Positions 39,646-49,875 of a stretch of DNA of 64,000 nucleotides are shown here, in pieces. The position numbers were made by a program, and so were the translations under genes. The notes beneath the pieces are model-generated. The model was not told the DNA's origin. It was given only the letters and a program-made list of their open reading frames with translations, and did no database searches. Position 1 is the stretch's first letter; the number at the start of each line of letters is the position of its first letter. This DNA is from Phycisphaerae bacterium (GTDB lineage: Bacteria > Planctomycetota > Phycisphaerae > UBA1845): the NCBI GenBank assembly GCA_963666835.2, contig CAXXGO010000001.1, forward strand, positions 576,001-640,000. Reading direction: 5' to 3'.

Positions 39646-40125
39646 TTACGGTAGGTTACCGTCGAGAATCAGACCGTAGCGACCACCGGTGCCGTGTATC
39701 GCAGCCGCAAGGTCCTTCATTCCGGCACTGCTCAAACGTTGCCGGAGGTGCCGTACCGCACTCCGAATCGTCTCGGGTGACTTGATGCCACCCTCCCAAA
39801 CGTCGCGCAGTAGCTGGTCCGCCGTGATATACTGATTGGGATGGCGCGCCAGGCGCTCGGCCAGTCGGAACAGGACTGTGCGGCGTAGCAGGCAAGTTTT
39901 CCCCGCCCAGAGCACCGAGAATGTCGAGCTATCGACCAAGGGGCGCCGGCGTGCAGGATTGCGCGGCTTCGTATTCTGCGATTCTCCCCCGGAAACGGGA
40001 TTACGGCCGTCGAATTCGATCAGGAGAATGGAACGAATGTCGTCGGCACAGATCGCGGCGGCCATGAGCGCCTCTGAGAGTCGCTCCGTGAGGTTCACAA
40101 GTCGCTTGGCTTGTTCTAGGATCAT
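39646..40125 (-). CDS. OmpR/PhoB-type winged-helix DNA-binding protein lacking a receiver domain
   Basis: LARHPNQYITADQLLRDVW...TIRSAVRHLRQRL...GRYGL; GGAG RBS. Confidence 0.75.
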   Translation of the reverse strand: MILEQAKRLVNLTERLSEALMAAAICADDIRSILLIEFDGRNPVSGGESQNTKPRNPARRRPLVDSSTFSVLWAGKTCLLRRTVLFRLAERLARHPNQYITADQLLRDVWEGGIKSPETIRSAVRHLRQRLSSAGMKDLAAAIHGTGGRYGLILDGNLP

Positions 40126-40671
40126 GACGGTCTCCACCTGTCGGCCGCAGATGGCGGGACCACCATGCCTGAACTGGCCCGGCGGGTTCAGGTGCGTCAC
40201 GTTATGCGGGGGTCTACCCCGTTGGGCCTTCAAGACAAGGGCCACGGGTTCGTTAGAGCGGGGCACGGGGCGGCGCATGGCCTTTCCAGTCGGCCCGGAA
40301 GTTGTGGCTGGGCGTATGTGCGGTGCGGACGTGGATGATCGGATGGTCTCCCAAACAAGAGGAGCGCCGAACCAAGGCCACTCCCGAACCCCCGCCAAGG
40401 GGCCACGATGTAGCACATGGCCGACGCTCCCTTTCGGGAGCGCGGCGTCAGTGCTGCCATCGTGTTGCACGGGTCAGGGACCCGCGTTGGCGGTATTTCG
40501 GGAGACAGCCGGACGCTCACGCGTCTTTCGAGTTTTCCATGCGGCGGTTCAGCGCCGCGATTCGCTCAACTCCTTTCACCGGCCTAAACCACCGGCTGCC
40601 TGGCAGGGTACCGAGTCTCGCATGGAACGCCAACCAGCTGAGCCCGGCCTTTCCGCCGCCGGCTCAGCCTC

Positions 40672-41178
40672 TCAGCCTTCGACCCCGCGACGTCCCCGCC
40701 GCTGGGCGGTCTCATCGTCCACATGCTCCTGCCACCCGCAACACGCGCCATCGCGAACGTCAAAGCGCGTGACGTACGGCTTAATGTCCAACAGCGGCGT
40801 CCCGTCGAGAACGTCAACATCCTCCAAGTGCAGAATCGGCCCTTCTCGGCGCACTAGGCGAACCAGGCTCATGCCAATCGGGTTCGGTCGGCACGGCGCG
40901 CGCGTAGCGAAGACGCCGCGCGACACGTCGTCAAGAAACGGCTTGACGGTCAGGCACGGCTCGCCGGCCCGGTGGAACACATAGATGAGCCACAGATGGG
41001 AGAAGCCCTCCAGATCGACCAGCCCCTGCTCGTACTCATGTTGCAGTTCTGCCGTCCCGCGGGCATTCGCGGCGAATACCGGCTGAATGGGCGTATCCTC
41101 GGCCACCGTGTGTGGGCTCCGAATGACACCAATCGGATGGAGTGTGATCGGGGTCAGCGATGCGTTGCCCGTCTGCAT
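40672..41178 (-). CDS. tsaA: tRNA m6t6A37 methyltransferase TrmO/TsaA
   Basis: PIGVIRSP, FSHLWLIYVFH, GVFATRAP.RPNPIG, DGTPLLDIKPY. Confidence 0.9.
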   Translation of the reverse strand: MQTGNASLTPITLHPIGVIRSPHTVAEDTPIQPVFAANARGTAELQHEYEQGLVDLEGFSHLWLIYVFHRAGEPCLTVKPFLDDVSRGVFATRAPCRPNPIGMSLVRLVRREGPILHLEDVDVLDGTPLLDIKPYVTRFDVRDGACCGWQEHVDDETAQRRGRRGVEG

Positions 41179-41222
41179 GGTCTGCCTCCCCGGCGCAAGG
41201 CTGTAAGTGGCCAAGCACTTTA

Positions 41223-42092
41223 CTACTTGCGTCTCTTACCTGGCCTTGGTCGGCCACGTTTCTTCGCGTCACCGGACGACTGCGTCCCCCGCCACGGCTC
41301 TCCACTCAACCGGCTGATGAGGTTCTCACGGACGAGCGTCATTGCCACCTCCGCGTCATAGTCGATCCCCGCGGCGAGAAGCGGCCTGATGTCCTCCAAG
41401 AACGCCCGGTCATCCTCTTTCTCGAATAGGTTACGCTCAAACTCGCCGCGTGAGATCCTATGCTTCTCGTGCTTCATGTACGCGGTGAAGCACGCAACCA
41501 CCTGATCCGGGTCCAGCAGGCCACGGCTCAGGCACAGCCACAGATCGAATAGATCGCGACCTTTGCGACGCTGGTAGAGGGCTCGCAGTTTCGTGCCCAT
41601 CAGTTCGTCCAGCTGATAGGTAGTCACGCTGGCCTCGCCGGTGAACCACGGGTTGGCCACCGCGAGCGGATGCCGGTGGTAGTCCAGAACCACGAAGTGC
41701 TCGCGCGTGTTGATTTCGATCTTCAGACGCAGGGTGCGGACAGGCGGAACCTCCGATTCGAACCGATACATAAGTGTCACGCTTGCGTCACTACGTGACC
41801 TCTTGGGTCGCCCTAGCCAGGGATCCAGGCGACCGCGGATCGCATTCAGCACATCACCAATGGCGCCTGCCTTCGCCTGGACCAGGTCTATGTCCTGCGA
41901 GTACCGGCTCGGTGGTTGGATGAACAGCTTGTTCAGGGCGGTCCCCCCTCGCAGGACAAGCGCACCGGCCAGGTCGGAATCGGCGAATATCTCGACCACC
42001 GCCCGCGAGAGTACAAGGTCCTGTTCGACTTGAGCGTCATCGGCCCAGGGTGCCGTCGCACGCCACGCGGTTATATGCGCCTGTGGTATCAT
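41223..42092 (-). CDS. AbiEii-family nucleotidyltransferase toxin
   Basis: QVEQDL, RGGTALNK, RYS.DIDL, TKLRALYQR.KGRDLFD. Confidence 0.9.
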   Translation of the reverse strand: MIPQAHITAWRATAPWADDAQVEQDLVLSRAVVEIFADSDLAGALVLRGGTALNKLFIQPPSRYSQDIDLVQAKAGAIGDVLNAIRGRLDPWLGRPKRSRSDASVTLMYRFESEVPPVRTLRLKIEINTREHFVVLDYHRHPLAVANPWFTGEASVTTYQLDELMGTKLRALYQRRKGRDLFDLWLCLSRGLLDPDQVVACFTAYMKHEKHRISRGEFERNLFEKEDDRAFLEDIRPLLAAGIDYDAEVAMTLVRENLISRLSGEPWRGTQSSGDAKKRGRPRPGKRRK

Positions 42093-42883
42093 GTTTCGAT
42101 CTCGATCGGCTCAACAACGCGCACGTGCCACCGCCAATCCTCCATCGAGCCGTTTGCGTTTCGGCCTGGTCGCAGCGGGACGATCCGCGGAGACTGGCGC
42201 CCAATCCATTCGTGAAGGGCCTTCGCCTGTGAGCGACCTCGAACCTGCTCAAGCAAGTAGCCAAGCCGCTGCGCGTTGGGAAGGTCCCCACTGGCGCGCA
42301 CGACCTTGAGCAATCGCTTTGGATCGAGCAGCGGAACCAGATCCATCAGGACGGTCGCGACGTTATCCAGGTGGCCGGCGGATTTCGCGAAGCGCACCAA
42401 ATCGACGGCCGTCGACTCCGGAGTGGACACGCGCATTGCACCCGTCGGGGTCTTCAGATTCTGGACCGCGGTGTTCGCAATGCGCTTGTTCACTAAGAAC
42501 CGAATCCTCGCACGGCCGACCTGTATGGGCCTGATCGGCCGGTCGGTGAGGACCTGGAACTCCTGAGGCTGCTGGTGCGAAGCTCCGTGGAGGGCCGCCG
42601 CGCTGAGGAGCCCAACATAGTAGGGTCGCTCCATCGCCTTCATCAGGTCCTCAATAAACCAGGACGGCGGCGGGGCGCCGGCGTGCAGATACTCGAGCGG
42701 GACGATTACGTAGAAGTAGCTCTTGACCTTCGCCACACGCTGGCGGCGGGCAAGTCTCTGTAGGGCCTTCTTCACTGCCTCGGCCGAGAGGCCGCTGCTG
42801 TTCACAGCCTCCGCCCGGAGGAAGGTGTACCGCCCGCGCGCCTGCAGGGCGTCGACCCAGGCTTCCAGAGTCGGAGCTGACAT
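42089..42883 (-). CDS. AbiEi-family antitoxin (type IV TA)
   Basis: YYVGLLSAAALHGASHQQPQEFQV, STPE.TAVDL, QRLGYLLE; overlaps the toxin start. Confidence 0.9.
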   Translation of the reverse strand: MSAPTLEAWVDALQARGRYTFLRAEAVNSSGLSAEAVKKALQRLARRQRVAKVKSYFYVIVPLEYLHAGAPPPSWFIEDLMKAMERPYYVGLLSAAALHGASHQQPQEFQVLTDRPIRPIQVGRARIRFLVNKRIANTAVQNLKTPTGAMRVSTPESTAVDLVRFAKSAGHLDNVATVLMDLVPLLDPKRLLKVVRASGDLPNAQRLGYLLEQVRGRSQAKALHEWIGRQSPRIVPLRPGRNANGSMEDWRWHVRVVEPIEIET

Positions 42884-43512
42884 TGCCACCTCGTAACGTC
42901 GTTTGCTTAAAGGGCTTACAAATATCCCTTTTCGCAAACAAGTGTACCACGCGTTTCTTTCCCTGTCAAGCGAGTCTCGGGCTCCGAAACTCCTGGTTAC
43001 CGGCGAGTCACGGCGCGCCTTGCGGCGAAACCGCCTGTTGCACAGCCGTCTTCCCTGCTCACGCGAGGTCCACTCCCGCTTAACCATTATGCGAGTTTCG
43101 GGGGTCGTGTTCAACCCCGGACATCGCGCTGCAAACGAGATTCCGACGCTGAAGGCCCGCCGGTGTCGCCCGGAGCTAATGCGTTGCTCACGATTGTATC
43201 ACGAGGGTACGACAGATGAGGTCGGACCCCTTGGTGGCATGGATCCACGCGCGGTTCGGAAATGTTCGACGTGTTGATCCGGGTCGGTGCGGCTTCTTCA
43301 ACCGTGGTATCCCAGTATATCCGCTTGGCGCTCGGCGCCTGCGCGGACCCGTTGCTAAACGCCGCCACGCGCGAATGCCCCGCCGAAGCCGAGACGCGCC
43401 AGCGACACCCTGCACCATAAGCGCGCGAGCGGCCGCATCTATCGCGCTCGCGCTGGTACGCAACTTGCAGCAACACGAGTGTTAGGCAGCATATTCCCTC
43501 GGAGCGTTCACC

Positions 43513-44019
43513 ATGTACTGCATAGGCAGGACCCCAGAGCCAGTGCGAGGCACCGTTCTTCTGATTGATGATGGACTGCATATGGGCTACCTTGTTAAGG
43601 AGGCGCTTAGGAGGATCGAGCAGCACTGCGTCTGCGACCTTTCTGGCATCTCGGCGGCACACGTCCTTCCTGACCACGAAAGGGCTATGGACGCAGCGCT
43701 TGCAACCATCGATTCCATGGAACGTTTTCTGGCGCAGCGCACAGACACAATCCTCGCGTGTCTCCTTGACTGCCACCTCCATTCCAGTCCATTGGAGCGT
43801 AGCATCGAGTTGCAGCAAACCGCAGCCGCCGGGTTGCCCCCCTTCGGCCTGCGGTTTCGTAGTATTCCGATGGCGATGTTAACGGCGGTCGCAGACATCG
43901 CTGATATTCGTCACCGAGCCACCTGCACCGTATTTCAGAAATGCGTGTGCGTGGGCGATGGCGTTGATCTCTGTCCACGGCTGGTTTATTGGCTACGCAA
44001 CGCGATCGGCATTCTCTAG
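43513..44019 (+). CDS. Divergent receiver-domain protein
   Basis: VLLIDD, CLLDCHL, IPMAMLT, FQK match receiver D-D/D/T/K positions. Confidence 0.5.
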   Translation: MYCIGRTPEPVRGTVLLIDDGLHMGYLVKEALRRIEQHCVCDLSGISAAHVLPDHERAMDAALATIDSMERFLAQRTDTILACLLDCHLHSSPLERSIELQQTAAAGLPPFGLRFRSIPMAMLTAVADIADIRHRATCTVFQKCVCVGDGVDLCPRLVYWLRNAIGIL

Positions 44020-46434
44020 TAATCGCGGAAGGTCAATCCAAACCTGTGTGCCCTCGTCGTGGGACTCCTTCCTCAAGATCACTCCGTAATGCCCTAGTTG
44101 GTTCGCAAGCGTATTCCACGGCACGGGCGGAGAGATAAGGCACTTCGGGTAGACGATGGGGCGTTCGAGGCCCGTCGTCGTGCTCCCACTTTCGTCAAGC
44201 GAGGCAATCGCAACAGACGTCACCAAACCGATGTGCAACCATCCGGACGTCTCCTTGCTCACAACCTTGACCGTAAGTGCCTCTTTCTTTCCATCCAACA
44301 GTGTGTTCGGTGTGTGCTCGTATAACCATGCGGGCAAAACCAGTATGGCCACTTCCAGCAGCGTCTGTCCACATTTAACGAGTGTCCCTTCGGCTAGAGA
44401 CTCGACATCCGACTGCACCGTGGCGCGAATACTGTATGTGGCATCCGTGGATATGCTCCCATTGTGAAACAGATTTCTCCATACGGCTTGGAGATCACAC
44501 CAGTCGTCTTCCGAGTGCGCATTCTGATCCGCGGCGACTCGTGCTGCTGCCAAGGAGCGGTTCAACATCTGAACGATCCGGTCCGCACCGACGACGTACG
44601 CCTCGTTCGTGTCGCCCGGACTCCCTCCGAGAAGAAACTTGATTGCACACGCAAAGTTGCCTACCTCATGTCGGTACGTTCCCGCAATCTCCCTAGCCCG
44701 CTCCCTCTCCTGTGCCTCGCGCCACTTCATGCTCTCCTGGTTTCCGATCCGAAAGGAGATCATCTGGGCAAACGCCTGCAGCAGACGCATGTCCCCTCTC
44801 GAGAACCCGTCCGCCGCTAACGCGTCTTCGTTGCGATTCAGCCGATCGCGGATCTTCAGTACACCGATCGTGCGGATCGGCTTCCCGGCGGCCCGTAACT
44901 GGACAGGCTCGAAAACCGGCACGGCGATAACATGCTGCGACAAGCGGTATTTTCCCGCTTGCACGCTCCCTGACTCCTCTTCCTTCTCAAAGGCATCCGT
45001 CCAGTGCAGAAACCCGTCATCGATCCGGATCGGTTTCCCACTCGCGAACACCTGTCCGGTTGTTCCTTCATCAGCAACATAGTAGGCGTCTCCGCACCAC
45101 GATCGGCGGCATCGACAATACAGCTCCATGTGCTGACAATCGGCTTCTTCCTCGCTCTTACCTCTGAACTCGGGGGTAAGGTAGAGTTCGGATCGATCGG
45201 CCTTGAAATCACCGCGGATCCTCTCCAATTCGTTCAGTACGTCATCCAACGGGGTGTCGCCCGACAGACCACCACATCCCTCGAGCATACCGAGGAGGTC
45301 CTTTGCTCGCGCTAACAGCTGTCCCTCAGTTTCGGCCTTGAATCCGCCATCTTGAATGCACACCCGGCCCTGGACGTCTCGTGAGTGATTATCGCGCAGG
45401 ATAAGCACGCCGATCGGCTTTGTACGGTCAGTGTTCCAGAGAAGCAGACCTAGAACGCAGCGCGTGAGCCCAAGAGGCCCCAGAGCATATCGCCCGAACT
45501 TCTCATCCCGGAGGAGGTCAGGTATATTCAACGGCTCACTACTGCCAGCCTGCCAGATGTGGGATACCAAAGATTGATCACCCCACCCATGCCTGAGGGG
45601 CTTGAATGGAGCGATCGCCTCGTTTACTAGCCGAACACGGTCTCGTGTTTTGTCGTTCGTATCCGGAGCATACTCGGGGGTCAGGTAAAGCTGGCAGCTG
45701 TCACAGTTCATGTGCTCGCGGACACGCTCCACCAAACCGCCAAACTCTGTCGCGGCGCCCGCCATTGGCTGCCTCTGGGCGAGAAGGTCTACAACGCCCG
45801 AGTGTATGGCATCAGCAAGATGATCATAGCGCCGCGCTAGCCCCGCTGATTCCCAGTTGATGCTCACGTGAGTGACGATCCACGCGAGAAACTCAAGTTC
45901 CTTGGCGTATGGTCTTTCAACGTCGCCGCCTTGTGTCACCCGGGACTCGTTCAGCGCCACTACCAACAAAGACCGTGCCGTACGCGCGGCAACATACTCT
46001 GGCGGAACGAAACTCTTCAGAGGAATGATGGCAAGCGTATCCGGTCGGCCAGCCTTGAGCGCTCTCGCAAGCCATCTAAACTCCGGGGGGTCGTCCGCCG
46101 TGTGCTTATGGTAGGTAACTGCGGCATCCCCTGCGAGATCGAAGTGCTCTTTCAAGTAGCTTGCGAGGCGCGCTAGGCCATCGTCTTCGCTCAGCAACTT
46201 ACGGTTCCAAGCCTTCGAACACACGGGGAGTTTCGGTTTCGCGCAAGCCTGCGAAGACAGCAGGATCGTGCCGGTAACACCGGGGATCTTGTCCTGCATT
46301 TCCTGCAGCAGATCGGCCATACGGTCGTCGAACCGCTGCGCTTTCCCCTCAGCAGTCGCCGAGAGGTCTTGCTTCTTGAGTTCCCGAAGAGCATGATAAA
46401 GTAACGACGCCATTGCGCCATCGTCCCACGGCAT
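43993..46434 (-). CDS. Multi-GAF sensor protein with degenerate histidine-kinase-like C-terminus
   Basis: Duplicated LYLTPE GAF units, GTTGQVF..GKPI, IAVPV..IGVLKI, F...D..LL..FA; H-box-like RHEVGN. Confidence 0.65.
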   Translation of the reverse strand: MPWDDGAMASLLYHALRELKKQDLSATAEGKAQRFDDRMADLLQEMQDKIPGVTGTILLSSQACAKPKLPVCSKAWNRKLLSEDDGLARLASYLKEHFDLAGDAAVTYHKHTADDPPEFRWLARALKAGRPDTLAIIPLKSFVPPEYVAARTARSLLVVALNESRVTQGGDVERPYAKELEFLAWIVTHVSINWESAGLARRYDHLADAIHSGVVDLLAQRQPMAGAATEFGGLVERVREHMNCDSCQLYLTPEYAPDTNDKTRDRVRLVNEAIAPFKPLRHGWGDQSLVSHIWQAGSSEPLNIPDLLRDEKFGRYALGPLGLTRCVLGLLLWNTDRTKPIGVLILRDNHSRDVQGRVCIQDGGFKAETEGQLLARAKDLLGMLEGCGGLSGDTPLDDVLNELERIRGDFKADRSELYLTPEFRGKSEEEADCQHMELYCRCRRSWCGDAYYVADEGTTGQVFASGKPIRIDDGFLHWTDAFEKEEESGSVQAGKYRLSQHVIAVPVFEPVQLRAAGKPIRTIGVLKIRDRLNRNEDALAADGFSRGDMRLLQAFAQMISFRIGNQESMKWREAQERERAREIAGTYRHEVGNFACAIKFLLGGSPGDTNEAYVVGADRIVQMLNRSLAAARVAADQNAHSEDDWCDLQAVWRNLFHNGSISTDATYSIRATVQSDVESLAEGTLVKCGQTLLEVAILVLPAWLYEHTPNTLLDGKKEALTVKVVSKETSGWLHIGLVTSVAIASLDESGSTTTGLERPIVYPKCLISPPVPWNTLANQLGHYGVILRKESHDEGTQVWIDLPRLLENADRVA

Positions 46435-46502
46435 GGTTGTACTCCCCTCATAGTACGGCGCGGTGCGGTTGTGGCGGAATACGTCCAGCGGATCACCTAC
46501 TG

Positions 46503-46904
46503 CTAATCCCGGTGATCCTGCAAAGCCTCACGAATCTCGCGGACAATCTCATCTTCGAGATCAGGACGGCCCTTTTCCACGAACCTCACGCCGAGCTTTT
46601 CACATCGTGACCACAAGCGGTCGGGTTCAACCAGCGTGATAAGAAGAATGGCGGCACATGACCCCATCCGCCGCAGCTCCTCCGCCACGTCGAGGCCCGT
46701 CTTGAGGTCCTCGTCTGATCCCGTCTGCTCGAGCGAGTAATCGAGCAAGGCGATAGTGAAACTCTCTTCCCTTATCAGGCGGAGTGCCTCACCGTACGTC
46801 GTGGCGTGGCGAATACTACAGTCAGGAAGCTGCCCGTTCCGCACTGCGGAGGTGACGAGTGCGTCCCATCCCGGCTGGTCTTCCAATACGAGAATCTTCG
46901 ACAT
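46503..46904 (-). CDS. Single-domain response regulator
   Basis: KILVLED, ALLDYSL, GLDVAEELR, ILLIT, FVEK. Confidence 0.82.
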   Translation of the reverse strand: MSKILVLEDQPGWDALVTSAVRNGQLPDCSIRHATTYGEALRLIREESFTIALLDYSLEQTGSDEDLKTGLDVAEELRRMGSCAAILLITLVEPDRLWSRCEKLGVRFVEKGRPDLEDEIVREIREALQDHRD

Positions 46905-47667
46905 AACCAAGGCTCCATTGCTGTAGCCGGCTGATATTAACCATGCAAGATCCATGCCAAGCAGGTCACGTGAATATTGGAGCGGACCGCTGGGGATTTG
47001 CCATTGTGCCTCCTTGTGTGTAAGTCCGTAGCAGTGCCCGCCGGTCGCGGAGTGCTACGAACTCCCTCCTGGTAATAGACAGCACCCATCCGCGCGCCCC
47101 TGGTGCGGGCGCAGGCCGGGATCGCGCTGCTCTTCAAGAAGCGCCCCACGCGAATACGGAGACGCGTCCGCTTCCGCTTCGTCGTTTTTCTTTGCGACGC
47201 ACGTGCCTGACAGCGCGCCGTAACGACACAGGATCGACTGCCGACAGTCGGTCGCACGAGAACGCTCGCGAACCGTGATTCTGTGCTTTTCGAGACGCCA
47301 CCCGCTCCCACCGCTACGGCCTGGGCCAGCGGATCGAGACACGGTTCTACGCCATTGCACTGCAATCCACGCCGGTCGGGTTACTCACCCAATACGCGAC
47401 GAATCGTCCGCAGATCACCTCAATTCCACACCCCGGAGCCCGGGAGAGGAAGAAGTCTCATACGCCCCCCCCATTGGAACGACTGGAGCGGCGGAGTCGA
47501 TCGCCGGACCGTCGTTTCTATCCCCGGCGATCGTTAATCCCGCCCGCGGCCTTGCTCCACATACGTCGCTCTGTCATACTTACTACTCGGTCGCCTTTCG
47601 CAGACTTGAAGCATAGGATCAACTGCCGCCATTGCGCAGGAGAACATCTGTGGCGTCCAAACGAGGA

Positions 47668-49635
47668 ATGCCCGGGCAAGATCAGGCCGCCACCGCGGAT
47701 GCGCTGGGATTCGCCCCGTTCGTGACCGCGGTCCATAAGCACCTCGCCGATCCTCACTCCAAACCCCCGCTAACTCTGTCCGTCGAAGGTGATTGGGGCA
47801 GTGGCAAGTCCTCGTTCATGCTCCAACTTCGCGACAAGATCAGGGAAGAGAACCCCGAAGACTACGTCGTGTGGTTTAACGCCTGGCGGCACGACAAGGA
47901 CGAGTCGGTCTGGGCGGCGTTCGCCGTGGAGTTTGTGAGGCAGTTGAATCACGAAATCTGGCGAAGATGCAACTGGCGGAACCGGTGGTTCTTTCCGTGG
48001 CTCAGATCCTGGATCCGGAACCGGTCGTTGGTCAAGCGTCTCGCAAAATGCGGGCTGGTGAAGTGGTTGCGCCGCAGGCTGCTGGTCAAGTTCGTAGGCT
48101 GGGCGATCGAGGCCGTCAACCCGCTCAATCTGATCTCAGTGACATTCTGGGGCTGGTCGAGACTGCGGATCGCCACTAGGCTGTCACTGCAGAGGTTCGA
48201 CTGGGACAAGGGCCTCCAGGACGTCCTGAAGACGGCGTTTCTTTTCCTGCCCTGGCTTGCGCTATTAGCCTACGGCCTGTGGGCGTGGTGCGTCGGATCG
48301 GGGGACAAGGTTGAGAATGTCGCGCAAGCGGCGACGCAGGCCGTGCCGGGCGACGTCGATGCCTCCAATTGGCCTAAGCTGGCGGAGGTCTTCCTTCCCG
48401 TCCGGTCCTCCATCCTGGGCGCCGTCGGTATCCTCCTCACATTGGCCTACAAATTCACTGGCAACCCTCTGCGATACGACTTGCGCAAGTACGCTCGCGG
48501 ACCGAACTATCAAGACAAGGTCGCGTTCATTGAGCGGTTCCACGCGGACTTCAGCAAGGTCGTCTCGGTCATGGCCGGCGAACGGAAGATCTACGTTTTC
48601 ATCGACGATCTCGACCGTTGCGACGTGCCCAAGGCGGCCGATCTGATGCAAGCCTTGAATCTGATGATCCCGGATGACAGCGATCCGGCGCACCTGCGAC
48701 TTGTCTTTATCCTCGGCCTGGATCGCGAGAAAGTCTCCGCCGGTCTGGCGGTCAAGTTCAAGGATCTTCTGCCTTATCTCGGCAGCCCCGCGCCCGCTGA
48801 CGAGAATGAGACCGAGCCGGAGAACAACCGGACGGAGAATACGGCCGCGACCGCCTCGAAAAGTGCAGCGCTATCCCGGCAGGAAAGGGCCGCCGGCGTA
48901 CGCTTCGGGCACTCCTTCATCGAGAAGTTCATTCAGCTCCCATTCTTGGTCCCGCGGCCCAGAACGGAGGACTTGGACAGGTTTGTTGAGGATCTCTTTC
49001 TAGACGACAAGCCGACGACCCCGGCCGCGGAGAAGCCGGGCAAACTGGAACAGAAGGACGTCGGCGACGCTTCGCGCGTGGCGGATCGCGGGGGTGCCGA
49101 GCCGGCAGAACGTGTTGACGGCCCCGACACGCAAACTGATGCGAGGGCGGGCGGGGAAGGCGTCCCCGTCGATGTTGACTCACAGTTGGCGACGTCCACG
49201 CCACCGCAATGTCCGCACGACGAACGGGAAGCCTGGGATGCATTCTTCGATGACCCGAAGGAGAAGCTCCGCGAGCTTGTACTGATGGTCGCTCCGGCCT
49301 TCGGTTACAACCCGCGGACCATGAAGCAATTCATGAACCTGTTCCGCCTGCGAGCACGCATCTGGGACGAAGTCTGTACACAAACTGCCGGCACTCGGCA
49401 GGTGCCGCACATCTGCATGGAACAGTTAGCCAAGTTTGTGGCCATCAGTCTGCGATGGCCTTTGCTGGTATCCCTGGGGCAACGACGAGCCGAGTCCGGT
49501 GGTTGCCAACTACGACGAGAGCGGAGTGTCGTGTCCCACACCAGTAGGCGTCTACGCCCGTGGGGCCACGCCGGAGGGCGCGTTGGATCTGGCCGGCAAT
49601 GTCTGGGAGTGGTGCCGGGATGCGTGGCATGGTAA
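47668..49635 (+). CDS. KAP-family P-loop NTPase, C-terminally disrupted
   Basis: EGDWGSGKSS, FNAW, FIDDLDRC, FIEKFIQLPF, NPR.MKQF.N; recognisable family sequence ends near 49465. Confidence 0.85.
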   Translation: MPGQDQAATADALGFAPFVTAVHKHLADPHSKPPLTLSVEGDWGSGKSSFMLQLRDKIREENPEDYVVWFNAWRHDKDESVWAAFAVEFVRQLNHEIWRRCNWRNRWFFPWLRSWIRNRSLVKRLAKCGLVKWLRRRLLVKFVGWAIEAVNPLNLISVTFWGWSRLRIATRLSLQRFDWDKGLQDVLKTAFLFLPWLALLAYGLWAWCVGSGDKVENVAQAATQAVPGDVDASNWPKLAEVFLPVRSSILGAVGILLTLAYKFTGNPLRYDLRKYARGPNYQDKVAFIERFHADFSKVVSVMAGERKIYVFIDDLDRCDVPKAADLMQALNLMIPDDSDPAHLRLVFILGLDREKVSAGLAVKFKDLLPYLGSPAPADENETEPENNRTENTAATASKSAALSRQERAAGVRFGHSFIEKFIQLPFLVPRPRTEDLDRFVEDLFLDDKPTTPAAEKPGKLEQKDVGDASRVADRGGAEPAERVDGPDTQTDARAGGEGVPVDVDSQLATSTPPQCPHDEREAWDAFFDDPKEKLRELVLMVAPAFGYNPRTMKQFMNLFRLRARIWDEVCTQTAGTRQVPHICMEQLAKFVAISLRWPLLVSLGQRRAESGGCQLRRERSVVSHTSRRLRPWGHAGGRVGSGRQCLGVVPGCVAW

Positions 49636-49660
49636 CTACGAAGGTACTCCGGATGGTCGG
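49463..49660 (+). pseudogene. FGE-sulfatase (CLec-fold) domain fragment
   Basis: YPWG, PTPVG.Y..GATPEG.LDLAGNVWEWC.D. Confidence 0.85.
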
Positions 49661-49663
49661 GGC

Positions 49664-49783
49664 ATGGCTGAACCGGCAGCGCAAGTGGACCTCTTCGAAA
49701 AGCTGACGAGCTGGGAAAACCTCTATAGTGCCGCCCGCAAGACACGCCTTGGCAAGCGCCGCCGCACGCAAGTCGTCGCCTGG
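49664..49783 (+). pseudogene. Reverse transcriptase N-terminal fragment (DGR-like)
   Basis: DLFEKLTSWENLYSAARKTRLGKRRRTQV. Confidence 0.6.
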
Positions 49784-49875
49784 GCGAGCTTCGCCAGCTG
49801 GCGGAATCCGGGAAGGTTGGGGATACGCAAGGTTGTGCAGGTTCGCGGGAACGATGCCGTTCGCAGCCGCTGGGA

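Noticed and set aside
39836..40984. 382-aa plus-strand ORF and other long shadow ORFs (e.g. 20892-22154, 60047-61057, 11122-11838)
   Set aside because: Antisense to well-supported genes, no motifs, expected in GC-rich DNA.
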